DNA of 64,000 nt, from NCBI GenBank assembly GCA_964452145.1, contig CAYVLA010000007.1:1-64000 (forward strand), in the 5' to 3' direction. The notes below the pieces were generated by a model. It was not told where the DNA came from. It did not search any database and saw only the letters and a program-made list of their open reading frames with translations. The DNA is from Candidatus Hadarchaeota archaeon (GTDB lineage Archaea > CAYQAE01 > CAYVLA01). Made by a program: the position numbers and the translations under genes. This document shows positions 39,220-47,963 of the stretch, one piece after another. How positions within the stretch are numbered: the stretch's first letter is position 1; each line of letters begins with the position of its first letter.

Positions 39220-39321
39220 AGGACCGCAGCCGGAGGGGCGAGTGCCCCCCTGGTATCAGCGGCCCTGGAATTGGTTCAGCTAGATGAAAAGCAGGGCCTT
39301 CAGCAGTCCCCCGGTGGCCCC
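39220..39321 (-). ncRNA. Candidate structured small RNA (class unknown)
   Basis: Intergenic. Terminal stems GGGGCC/GGUCCU and CCGGGGG/CCUCCGG use G-U pairs on the minus strand; inner stem GGCCCUG/CAGGGCC; GCUGA occurs three times. Confidence 0.3.
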
Positions 39322-39382
39322 ACGGAAACAGGTTAGGCAAGCATTATCAGGTGCTGGGACCAACTCGATGCGAGGTGGCTGC

Positions 39383-39529
39383 TTGGCTGAGAAAGGCAGA
39401 GTGTACAGGTGCAACATTTGCGGGAACGTCGTCCATGTCCTCGAGGCCGGAGCAGGCGAACTCGTCTGCTGTGGAGAACCGATGGAGCTTCTTGGCGAGG
39501 GAGAAGCGAAGGCCTATAGAAAGAAGTAG
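39383..39529 (+). CDS. Stand-alone desulforedoxin-like (desulfoferrodoxin FeS4 domain) protein
   Basis: YRCNICGNVV.VL..GAGELVCCGEPMELL; GAGGTG SD before TTG 39383 (ATG 39368 also possible). Confidence 0.88.
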   Translation: MAEKGRVYRCNICGNVVHVLEAGAGELVCCGEPMELLGEGEAKAYRKK

Positions 39530-39532
39530 ACC

Positions 39533-40669
39533 TCAGCCGCCGAGTCCCCGGGCGTAGAGGAGGATCCGTGATAGCTCCCGGGGCCCGGGAATGGGTTTGT
39601 ATCTGAGGTAGAACTGGATGATTCGCTCGTGGATCTCGGGATTGATCCGGCCCAGCGCGAGCCACCGTGTCGCGTCTCCGACGCAGTGAGGATCCGAACG
39701 ACCGGAGCCGGTTATGTCCCCGAGCAGAATCCCGCCTCCCAGCCGCGCGAAGCCGTTGAGCACTGTGGCCGCAAACCCGGTGAGATCGTCCTTGGTGAAA
39801 ACTCTGTCGTCGATCGCCAAGGCGAGGGGAAGAGCCATTGTCAGTCCCGCATGTGAGGTGTCCTCTCTCTGGAATTCCTCCCTTGTCGTCGTGTCCTCGA
39901 CGGGGTTGCAGGGTAGCCAATAGGGCGAGTAGTAGGCACCATCCGTCGCCTTCAACAGCCTTCTCTTCACGTAGGTCCCCAGTGCCAACGCACGTTCGCG
40001 ATGCTCTTCGTTCCCCGTCAGTTTCCATGAGAACCACAGCGCAAGGCCTATGGCGCTGAGCCTATTGCCGGGTAGCGGCCGATTCTCGCATTCCTCCTCC
40101 TGATCCATGCCGACGTAGTGACCCTCAGCGGGGAGCGGTCCTACTCGCCACTGGCGGTCATGAACCGCGATCGCTTCGATGGCACCCCGGAGAACTGCTG
40201 ATGCCCTACCCTCTTCAATGGCTCCAGCCTCCTGGGACAGGATCAGAAACTCGATTATTGGAGCCGTGATCACGCCGGTGTGTACGGCGAACACCGCCCG
40301 ACCACGGCTGGCGTAGATGTCACATCCCCACGCACTCACGCTCCTGCCGGTCCAGAGCATGGCGCCGATTCGATCATCCCTTACACGGAGGACGGCTTCC
40401 ACGCATCGGAGACCGGCTTCCAGATACTTGAGGTCCCCGGTGACCCTATACATGTCGTTCAAGGATCCCATTCTAGATGAGAATCCCCATGCGATCCCGC
40501 CCCTGTCATTCGATATCGACGCGATGCTTTTTCGGAGGTCCTCGCCCATGTAGAGTTCGTCATAGCGCTCCGGCGTAGCATAGGAACACAGGGGCAAGGG
40601 TCGATCAACCGAGGGGAAGTGGCTTAGGAACCGCCTGATGTGGTCAGAGTCGTCCTCGTCATCGGTCAT
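39533..40669 (-). CDS. Hypothetical protein, probable alpha/alpha-toroid (six-hairpin glycosidase-like)
   Basis: Repeated helical motifs MYRVTGDLKYLE and WKLTGNEEHRERA; EDTSHA; ATG 40669 overlaps the upstream stop. Confidence 0.65.
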   Translation of the reverse strand: MTDDEDDSDHIRRFLSHFPSVDRPLPLCSYATPERYDELYMGEDLRKSIASISNDRGGIAWGFSSRMGSLNDMYRVTGDLKYLEAGLRCVEAVLRVRDDRIGAMLWTGRSVSAWGCDIYASRGRAVFAVHTGVITAPIIEFLILSQEAGAIEEGRASAVLRGAIEAIAVHDRQWRVGPLPAEGHYVGMDQEEECENRPLPGNRLSAIGLALWFSWKLTGNEEHRERALALGTYVKRRLLKATDGAYYSPYWLPCNPVEDTTTREEFQREDTSHAGLTMALPLALAIDDRVFTKDDLTGFAATVLNGFARLGGGILLGDITGSGRSDPHCVGDATRWLALGRINPEIHERIIQFYLRYKPIPGPRELSRILLYARGLGG

Positions 40670-42311
40670 GCTGGCACGCACCGCCACGGCACCAAAGGCG
40701 GGCAACCTCCTTCTCGGAGAGCTCCCTTGCATAGATTCGCACATCCCTGATAGATCCTTTGAAATGGTCATGTTCACCGAAACCTATTCTCAGGGGCTCC
40801 GAGTTAGTCACGTCGAAGGCCTCGCCGCCCAGCTCCTTCCGAGCCACTATCTCCCCGTTGAGCAGCAGACTAAGATCTTGGGCCGATCTGATCGCCGCGA
40901 TGTGCTGCCATCCAGCCTCAAGCTCCCGGTCGTGGGTTACGCAACATCCGGCCCCCATGGAGTGCACACGGCCGGAGGGAAGAGTTCCGCAGAAGAGCCT
41001 TCCGCGGTAGACCGCCATGGACCATGCTCGCCTGTACTTGGCACCGGGCGTTGCATCCAGCTGGCCCGTATCGATCCAATCGTATCCCCCTTCGTATCGA
41101 TAGACCCGGGCCGCGGGCAATGTCCCGGCATACAGCTTCCCGTTGTACACCACCATTCCCATGACCTGCAATTCTCCTCCCAGTCTCCCACAATCCTCCC
41201 ATCCCTCTTCCCACATTCGGAAGACCCTTCCCGAGGGCCAGGTCCCGACATGGAGCCTTCCGCGATACGTTGCGAAGGAGTATGTCTGCGTATTGCCGGG
41301 GGGTGTTCCGCAATCGGACCACCGCGAACCTCCCTCATAGCGGTAGACCCCGCCGCGCTCGGCATCCCATCCGGATCCGTAGAGGCTCCCGTGGTGAACG
41401 CCCAGTGCCTCTACTCGCCCATCGGGATTGCCGCAGCTCATCCATCTCCTCCCACCCTCGTACCTGTAGAGGCCGGGGGGAGCGTACATGGATGAGGCGT
41501 AGAGCCTCCCCCGGAAGACTGTGAGTCCGCCTATGGATTCGCTGGGACCCAGCCTGCCGCAGTCAACCCACTTCACTCCCCCTTCATACCGAAAGACCCT
41601 TCCCCCCGCCGTGGCGTTCTCCGACTCGGGAAGGGCTGATCCCGATGAGCGGTAGTGGGACGCGGCGGCGTAGAGCTTTCCGTCGTGGACGGCCAGGGAA
41701 GTGATGGCATTGCTGGGGTAGGGGGACCCGCAGTCGGACCAGTTCCTTCCGCCATCGTACCGATACACGTGCCCGAACCGGTCCCTCCCCATCTCGAAGG
41801 TGCCCGCATAGAGGCGGTCCATGTGGACGCAGAGGCACCAAACCATGGTTGCCTCCCCGGGACGCCCGCAGTCGACCCACTCCGGAGGCTTGCCGGAATC
41901 GATTCCGAAGAGGAGATTCCTGTAGTTCGGCTGGGACGAGGTGACCCCGTGGAAGTTCTGGATGAGCAGATTCCAGCCCGTCCTTGTGCTGGGATCATAC
42001 TTGCTGACGATGTCACCCAGTGCGCCATCCAGCTCGCTTTCGGTACGCACCCGGGCCGCCAGGGAGAACTCGCTTTCCCCGAGGTGGAGCGATGGGTCAT
42101 CCGGCACCTCGACATAGGAGTCGGTACCGTTGAAGACGGCCCCGCCAGCGGTCCACCCGACCCCGTGCGGGGAGCCATGGTTCCGGTTTCCGGAAGAGTC
42201 TCGACAGTCGCCCAGCATCGACCAGCAAGCCACCAGATCGGATTCAACGCCCACCGTCGCCCCGTCTTCTCCAAGATCTTCAGGCCGTGCGCGGCCCTCG
42301 CTCCTCGTCAT
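40659..42311 (-). CDS. LamG/concanavalin-like domain interrupted by a 7-repeat beta-propeller
   Basis: DSSGNRNHG..FNG..SYVEV in the N-half and WQHIAA..LNG..LRIG..FKGSI.DVRIY.R.LS in the C-half; seven WxDCG / xGxLYxG repeats between them. Start estimated at ATG 42311. Confidence 0.8.
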   Translation of the reverse strand: MTRSEGRARPEDLGEDGATVGVESDLVACWSMLGDCRDSSGNRNHGSPHGVGWTAGGAVFNGTDSYVEVPDDPSLHLGESEFSLAARVRTESELDGALGDIVSKYDPSTRTGWNLLIQNFHGVTSSQPNYRNLLFGIDSGKPPEWVDCGRPGEATMVWCLCVHMDRLYAGTFEMGRDRFGHVYRYDGGRNWSDCGSPYPSNAITSLAVHDGKLYAAASHYRSSGSALPESENATAGGRVFRYEGGVKWVDCGRLGPSESIGGLTVFRGRLYASSMYAPPGLYRYEGGRRWMSCGNPDGRVEALGVHHGSLYGSGWDAERGGVYRYEGGSRWSDCGTPPGNTQTYSFATYRGRLHVGTWPSGRVFRMWEEGWEDCGRLGGELQVMGMVVYNGKLYAGTLPAARVYRYEGGYDWIDTGQLDATPGAKYRRAWSMAVYRGRLFCGTLPSGRVHSMGAGCCVTHDRELEAGWQHIAAIRSAQDLSLLLNGEIVARKELGGEAFDVTNSEPLRIGFGEHDHFKGSIRDVRIYARELSEKEVARLWCRGGACQHDR

Positions 42312-42666
42312 CCCATGTTTCTGACCGGGAGGCTGGGCCCTGGGCCCAAAGTGGGGCCTGCTCCTTCCGGACTTGGCCCGATGGACAGCTGTCTTCGCAG
42401 TGCAATCCCCACACCGCTGCCCTGGATCGTCATCCACCACCATCCACCCGGCAAGGCCGCAGAGGAAAGTGAGGAGGTGTCTTGTGGAGACGTTGAATAT
42501 CGGAGCATTGGCACTGGTCAGCTGTTTGAAGCAGCCCTGCTCTGACGCCGGATGCTTGGGCATGATCTGGAATGGTGTCACCATGGTCCAACCTTGTGCA
42601 CGAAGGCAGAAATGACAGAAATGGGTTGTGGAGCGACCCGGAATGGATGTGGGTTGCAGACATGCG

Positions 42667-43422
42667 CTAGATGGTGGGTGCTCCGCATGCGGAGATGAAG
42701 TCATCCGTCGCAATCGTATCCCCGAAGTGGGTTTCGAAGTAGCGGATCGCCCATCGGGTGGCGACTCGTTCCTCGAAGGTGTCGGGGCATTCAACGCCGA
42801 CGGTCGCGTCCCTGAGGAGGAAGAGGCGGTAGTCCTTCGAGGCCATGGGCTCGACACCGCCGGGTGCTCGGAGCACGCACATGTCTGTTGCGAAGCCGCA
42901 GTAGATGATGTTCTTCATGCCATTCGTCCTGAGGACTTGGTCAAGCTCCTCTGACGTGTACACCATGGGCTCATCACCAACCGGGCCAACGATCCCGGCC
43001 CTATCCATGCGCGCAAGGGGAGATCGGCCGGGGTAATCGGTGCCGTGCGAGCGCCAGGCGATCCTCTCCCGCCAGCTCTGCGGCACTCGGTTGCCCTCTT
43101 CCTTCGGCGGCGGGCCGCCCTCGCGGTTCTGTCTGATGGTCTCCGATTCGACATGGCACACCAGCACCGACGCCCTCCGGGCGGCGTCCATGGCCGGTCG
43201 GATCTTCTCCTTCATGATGCGTTCCGCCTCGCGGTGAGCGACAGGAAAACCCATGCCGACCCAGTAGCGCGGATCGATCGGGGGCCCGTCCTCACAGCCG
43301 ATGTTCCAGCAGTGCATCGCGATGAGGGTGGTTTCCGACTCCTCAAGCTCGAGGTCCTCACAGACGTAGCCTGGGTCGGTGATCGGGATGGTCCGATAGT
43401 AGCGGCCCTTAAGCCTAAGCAT
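42667..43422 (-). CDS. Isochorismatase-like cysteine hydrolase (atypical)
   Basis: ETTLIAMHCWN, IIYCGFATDMCV, LLRDAT..E motifs. Confidence 0.75.
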   Translation of the reverse strand: MLRLKGRYYRTIPITDPGYVCEDLELEESETTLIAMHCWNIGCEDGPPIDPRYWVGMGFPVAHREAERIMKEKIRPAMDAARRASVLVCHVESETIRQNREGGPPPKEEGNRVPQSWRERIAWRSHGTDYPGRSPLARMDRAGIVGPVGDEPMVYTSEELDQVLRTNGMKNIIYCGFATDMCVLRAPGGVEPMASKDYRLFLLRDATVGVECPDTFEERVATRWAIRYFETHFGDTIATDDFISACGAPTI

Positions 43423-43423
43423 C

Positions 43424-44668
43424 CTAGGTCACCCTGTTCCGGTCCGCCACCCTGCGGATGATCTCGGCCGCGAGTTGGCAGTGCTCCGGCTCGTATTTCT
43501 CGCAGAAGGTCGACCAGCGGACGAAGTTGTCAAGGAAGTCGCTCGCATTGGGGCAGATGTTCGCGCCGTACCTGTACTCGCGGCTTGCGGGCGGAATCGA
43601 GTAAGGATAGGTCTTTGCCCTTGCGTTCTCATCCAGGAAGGTGCAGGCAGCGGGCATCAGGTAGTACCTGCCCGTCCCGGCACCAGGGATTCCCTCCCTG
43701 GATAACTGGGAGGCGAATTCATCCGCATCGCAGCTGAACTGCTCCGTATCAATGGTCAGCCCGAACATCCAGCAGGAGTACACGTTGAGGTAGTCGGGAA
43801 TGGGCAAGGGCTGCACGCCCGGTATCTCCCCGACCAGTTCCGTCAGCAACCTTGCCATCCTGTCCCTGCGGGCGACCTGGTCGCGGATAAGCTCTAGCTG
43901 GCCGAGGCAGATGGCGGCCGTTGACTGGGTCATTCGATACGCGTAGCCCGGCCGGACATGCCTGCGGCCGAAACGTTCCTCCATCTGGGCCCCCCTGCTC
44001 TGTCCGATGAAGCGGATCCGCCCGCAGAGTTCGCTGTCGTCTGTGACTATACATCCGCCGACGTCGGATCCCATCGTCTTCTCTGCATCGAAGGAGAAGG
44101 CGCCTGCGGTGCCGAGGGTGCCCGCGTATCGCCCCTTGTACTCGCCGAAGACCGCCTGGCAGGCATCCTCGTAGACCACCAGGCCGTGTTCCGCGGCGAG
44201 ATCGTTGATCGGGTCCATGTCGCAGATGATTCCGGTCTTGTGCACCAGCAGTATGGCCCTGGTGCGGTCGGAGATGCACGGCTCAATCGTCTCAGCGCTG
44301 GCGTTTACCGTGCCCGGAGCCGTGTCTGGAAAGACAGGAATGTAGTTCTCCTTGATTAGTCCCTGAACCGTGCCGTAGTCGGTTACGGGGCTGACGATTA
44401 CCTCGTCTCCGGGCTCGAAGTCGAAGGCCGCTGCCAGGGTGGCGAGGGCGGGGGTGCATCCGGGGGTGGCGATGCAGTGCTTGACCCCGAGCTCCCTTCC
44501 GAAGGCCCTCTCGAAGCGCCCAACCATGTCGACGGTCAGCCCGCTGTCCACCACCTCCTTCAGGTATCGGAGACAGTTGGGCCCCATGATGCGGGGGAAT
44601 GGATTTGGAAGGGTTCCCCCCAGGTCTTCAAAGGCGGCGGCACCGTACTTCGCTCTTTCCCTCGTCAC
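43424..44668 (-). CDS. DegT/DnrJ/EryC1/StrS family PLP aminotransferase
   Basis: FERAF, CTPAL, PGDEVI, EDACQA, FSFDAEKT..DVGG, YRMT. Start GTG 44668 just after the upstream stop. Confidence 0.9.
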   Translation of the reverse strand: MTRERAKYGAAAFEDLGGTLPNPFPRIMGPNCLRYLKEVVDSGLTVDMVGRFERAFGRELGVKHCIATPGCTPALATLAAAFDFEPGDEVIVSPVTDYGTVQGLIKENYIPVFPDTAPGTVNASAETIEPCISDRTRAILLVHKTGIICDMDPINDLAAEHGLVVYEDACQAVFGEYKGRYAGTLGTAGAFSFDAEKTMGSDVGGCIVTDDSELCGRIRFIGQSRGAQMEERFGRRHVRPGYAYRMTQSTAAICLGQLELIRDQVARRDRMARLLTELVGEIPGVQPLPIPDYLNVYSCWMFGLTIDTEQFSCDADEFASQLSREGIPGAGTGRYYLMPAACTFLDENARAKTYPYSIPPASREYRYGANICPNASDFLDNFVRWSTFCEKYEPEHCQLAAEIIRRVADRNRVT

Positions 44669-44672
44669 CTCG

Positions 44673-45407
44673 TCAACCCTCCTCGAGGATGTAGGCCACC
44701 ACCTCGTTTGGCTCGGCGAGCCAGACATCGTCCCCGCCAACGCGGCGAACCGTTGTGAAGCGTTTCTCCAGCTCCTCCAGTGTGCAGTCCTTCCAGGGGT
44801 GTATGGCCTTCCCGGGCATCGGGCAATGGCAATAGTCGATTATCCAGCCACCAGCATCAATGGCCTGGTGAATTCTCCTGTATGGGTCGAAGACGGAGTA
44901 AAAGGGGGGCGGGAACTCCGACTGGATGGGCACGCGGCCGAGGCGCATGAGGTCTGTGGCCCTTGTGTTGACCTGGTCGTATATCGTCAAGATGGCTCTG
45001 TAGCCAGCTCTGCGGGCAACCTTGAGGGAGGCTGGATAGGACTCGTTGCTGCCCGGCACGCAGAATATCGATACAGGGATCCCGCAGGCTTCCTCCAGCA
45101 CATGTTTTGCGGCAACGACCTCCTCCTCGGCGTTGCTGTCGGTGATCGCTGGATGAGTCATGCTATGGCAGGAGATCCCCCATCCCTCCTCGGTAAGCAT
45201 GCGAAGTTCATCGCGGGAGAGGATCATCATCCCATCGTAGCTGCTGCCCGGCACGTTCCGAGGCACCCCCACCTGGCTTGCCACCAGGCACACATGGCCC
45301 GGGATGCCATATCTGCGGTGCACCCTAAGGGCGTTGTCGAGGAGGGCCCGGCACCCTTCATCATACGTGATGGAGTAGACCCAGCTCTTGCCATTCTTCC
45401 ACCTCAC
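44673..45407 (-). CDS. Polysaccharide deacetylase (CE4/NodB-like)
   Basis: SITYDEG, CHSMTHP, FCVPG, GGW....H. Confidence 0.85.
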   Translation of the reverse strand: MRWKNGKSWVYSITYDEGCRALLDNALRVHRRYGIPGHVCLVASQVGVPRNVPGSSYDGMMILSRDELRMLTEEGWGISCHSMTHPAITDSNAEEEVVAAKHVLEEACGIPVSIFCVPGSNESYPASLKVARRAGYRAILTIYDQVNTRATDLMRLGRVPIQSEFPPPFYSVFDPYRRIHQAIDAGGWIIDYCHCPMPGKAIHPWKDCTLEELEKRFTTVRRVGGDDVWLAEPNEVVAYILEEG

Positions 45408-45894
45408 GGGGATTCCCTCACGGGACTGGCCTTGCCTCGATCAATCTTATATGTTGCGGACCCGGAGAACGGCGGTCTATCGGAAACATGTCCGCAGGCG
45501 ATGCACGACCCCATCATTTCGACCAGGCGCATCCATCCCAGCTAGGCCTCCCAGTTCTTCATCTGGATATTGCAGGCACAGGCCGCATCGCAGAGTCGGA
45601 GACCCACATCGAATGCCACCACCGCGTCAAGCCCATGAGCGACTTCCGTGGTTGCCGCCTCCTCTACGACCAGTCGCGCAACAGTGGGACCACCTCGACC
45701 CCAGGGCGGGCCAGATAACGACTGGACCGCGTGCCGCTCCCCCATTCTTCCAGGTGATCGCGGCCACGCACGGCAGCACATCGACAGGCGTGGCGCCGTC
45801 AACCAGTCGATGGGGCGCGGGGTGCCGGTCCCAGTGCGTCCGGACCTCATCGGCATCTATGCAGGAAAAGATCTGATCACCAAGGCTGAGTCTC

Positions 45895-47301
45895 TCAGGA
45901 CTTGCCGGAAAACGCCTGTCCTGTACGGTAGGAGTAGAGCCGGGCATTGTAGAGGTGGAACCTCAGGCTGACGGGCGCATCGACCATATCCGAGAGGGAC
46001 CGTTTCCAGAAGACAACTGCGCCGCAGGAATCAGTTTGGATCGGCCGGCAATCTTCCTTCGAGAACCCCGGAACGATCTTGCCACTTTCATCGAGCAGCT
46101 CGACTAGGACCTTGCCGTAGTTGGACTTCACGTTGAGAAGCAGCTTGGTCCCCCCGAGGATGTAGGGCCTGGTCGTGACGGAACCACCGTCATAGCTGGC
46201 GTTCATCGAGGCAAAACCATCGAGTCGTAGGGTTGCTAGGCCAATCGACATGGTTCTGCGGTCCTGATCAGCGACGATCCGGGGATCGTATTCTCGCGGC
46301 ACCTTTGCATGTCTCCTCGACGTGCCTCTGTAGTAGATGTGCAGCTGTCTGCCGACCCTTATGGGTGGAGCACCGGTGAGAAGTATCTGAAACCGGTCCC
46401 ACTCCCCGACCTGACCGAGCGGGATGATCGGTTTGCCGGGTACCCTCATCCAGTTCTCCCCGTCCCGACTTGTGATGAGCCTGAGCGTCTGGGTCTGTTG
46501 TCTTGGGCGCTTGTCGAAGTGGGTGAGGAAACCGAGGTACTGTTCACCGTACACAAAGCCAGTGTTATTGTAGAGGCTCTCCTCCTCGTTGAGGGCTCTC
46601 AGGAACGGCCTGGGAGCGGTCCAGTGAACGAAGTCCTCGCTAAAGCTTATCAGCCGGTCCAGGCCTCCCCTCAGAAAGGCCACATATCTCCTTCTCAGTG
46701 TATCTATCATCAGGGACTGGGCATCGCCGACGGGGCCCAGATCATCGGTTCCGGGTCGCGGGTGGAAACGGAAGATCGGTTCGGATGAGTGGCTCCAGTG
46801 AAGGCCGTCTGCTGACGTGGCCGAGTATATCCCCGAAAGAGGGCCATCCCAATCAAGGCTCGACCATCCCAAGGCCTTGTACTTACCTTTGGCCGTACGG
46901 TCGAGCGGGTCCTTGAGCATGGACTCCCAGTGATCTTTTCCATCGTGGTACTCGGCAGGGATGACGATGTTATTCTTCTTGGAGCCCATGGCCTCGTGGA
47001 GGCCAAGACTGGGCCTCTCCCAGCGGATGCCGTCCTTGGAAACGACGTAACACTGGACGTGTTCCTTCGCGGGCTCGTAAAACCCTGCCAGATACCATGC
47101 TTTGAAGGTCTTATCCTCCTCGTCGAATATGACCGAGGCGGTCATGCCAGGGTGCCTCTCCCACGGAGCCTCCTGCTTCAGAACCGGATTGGGGTGCTTC
47201 ACAGCCTGATGGAAGACCCGCGTAACGTTCTCCTGCGCGCAGATATCCAGAGAGTCGACGAATATTCTGGGCTTCTCCGAGAGTATCGGGATATCAGCCA
47301 T
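45895..47301 (-). CDS. Beta-propeller glycoside hydrolase-like protein (GH32/43/130 clan-like)
   Basis: HPNPVL, FKAWY; Asp-boxes SKDGIRW, SADGLHW, SEDFVHW, SRDGENW; IGLATLRLDGF; ARLYS C-terminus. Start trimmed to 47301. Confidence 0.75.
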   Translation of the reverse strand: MADIPILSEKPRIFVDSLDICAQENVTRVFHQAVKHPNPVLKQEAPWERHPGMTASVIFDEEDKTFKAWYLAGFYEPAKEHVQCYVVSKDGIRWERPSLGLHEAMGSKKNNIVIPAEYHDGKDHWESMLKDPLDRTAKGKYKALGWSSLDWDGPLSGIYSATSADGLHWSHSSEPIFRFHPRPGTDDLGPVGDAQSLMIDTLRRRYVAFLRGGLDRLISFSEDFVHWTAPRPFLRALNEEESLYNNTGFVYGEQYLGFLTHFDKRPRQQTQTLRLITSRDGENWMRVPGKPIIPLGQVGEWDRFQILLTGAPPIRVGRQLHIYYRGTSRRHAKVPREYDPRIVADQDRRTMSIGLATLRLDGFASMNASYDGGSVTTRPYILGGTKLLLNVKSNYGKVLVELLDESGKIVPGFSKEDCRPIQTDSCGAVVFWKRSLSDMVDAPVSLRFHLYNARLYSYRTGQAFSGKS

Positions 47302-47851
47302 GCAATCATCCAAGGTGACCGACCCTCCTCGAATCAACCGGTCCAAGACTGGCCCCTGTGCCGGGTCGGTGGCTGAAAAAGCGTTCCCTCTCCGGCGGCC
47401 CCCTTTGCCGTGATTGGGAGGTTGGCCAAGGCCGACCATTTGTCGGACGGAGATCACCGAGACGGAAAGACCGCGAAGAACCAGGTGAGGCTCGGGAATG
47501 GGCTCTGTTGGCGCTTCTTTTCACGTTTGCCTGCCGCAGCCCGGAGCATGCCGCCCGCAAAGACATGTGCTAGCACTAGACAGTAGAAGCCGCTCATATA
47601 GAGGCTCACACATCGAAAAACGGCTCGAAGAACCTTCCAGAAAGAGGCAGACTTTTCGACAAACGGGAAAAAAGGTAGATAGCTCCAGAAAAACGGCCAT
47701 CTTCCCCCAGAACGGGCATGAGTCTCCCCTATTGCTTGGCTGAAGCAGACGGATGCCCATAGGAAGCTCTTTGTATGGGCGAATGAAGCCTGAATACGTT
47801 GGAACAAGCTCAGCTGACCACCAAGACGAATAACACCATCCAATCCGTTCA

Positions 47852-47881
47852 ACCTGATACATTTACATACCTGATACATTT
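47852..47881. repeat. 13-bp direct repeat ACCTGATACATTT x2 (17-bp period) upstream of the P-type ATPase
   Basis: Exact copies at 47852-47864 and 47869-47881. Confidence 0.8.
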
Positions 47882-47963
47882 GCCAACGGGCATGTCCCCC
47901 AGTACTGTGTGTGCGTTGGCGAATCCTCGCACTGGCCATTCTGACATGGCAGGTGACTCCTGA

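Noticed and set aside
42484..42615. 43-codon plus-strand ORF with strong GAGGAGGTG SD and four Cys (possible peptide)
   Set aside because: Antisense within a minus-strand gene run, no recognisable motif, and no modifying enzymes nearby; insufficient support.
42312..42857. Long N-terminal extension of the LamG/propeller ORF (732 aa in the track)
   Set aside because: Overlaps the isochorismatase gene and has no protein-like composition; the domain begins near 42240.
45542..45890. Two overlapping minus-strand ORFs that might be a frameshifted gene
   Set aside because: No recognisable motif; cannot be distinguished from chance ORFs in GC-rich DNA.
47680..47790. Faint resemblance (SPIAW...FVW) to a Tn3 transposase C-terminus
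   Set aside because: Multiple stops, only a few matching residues, and no terminal inverted repeat seen.
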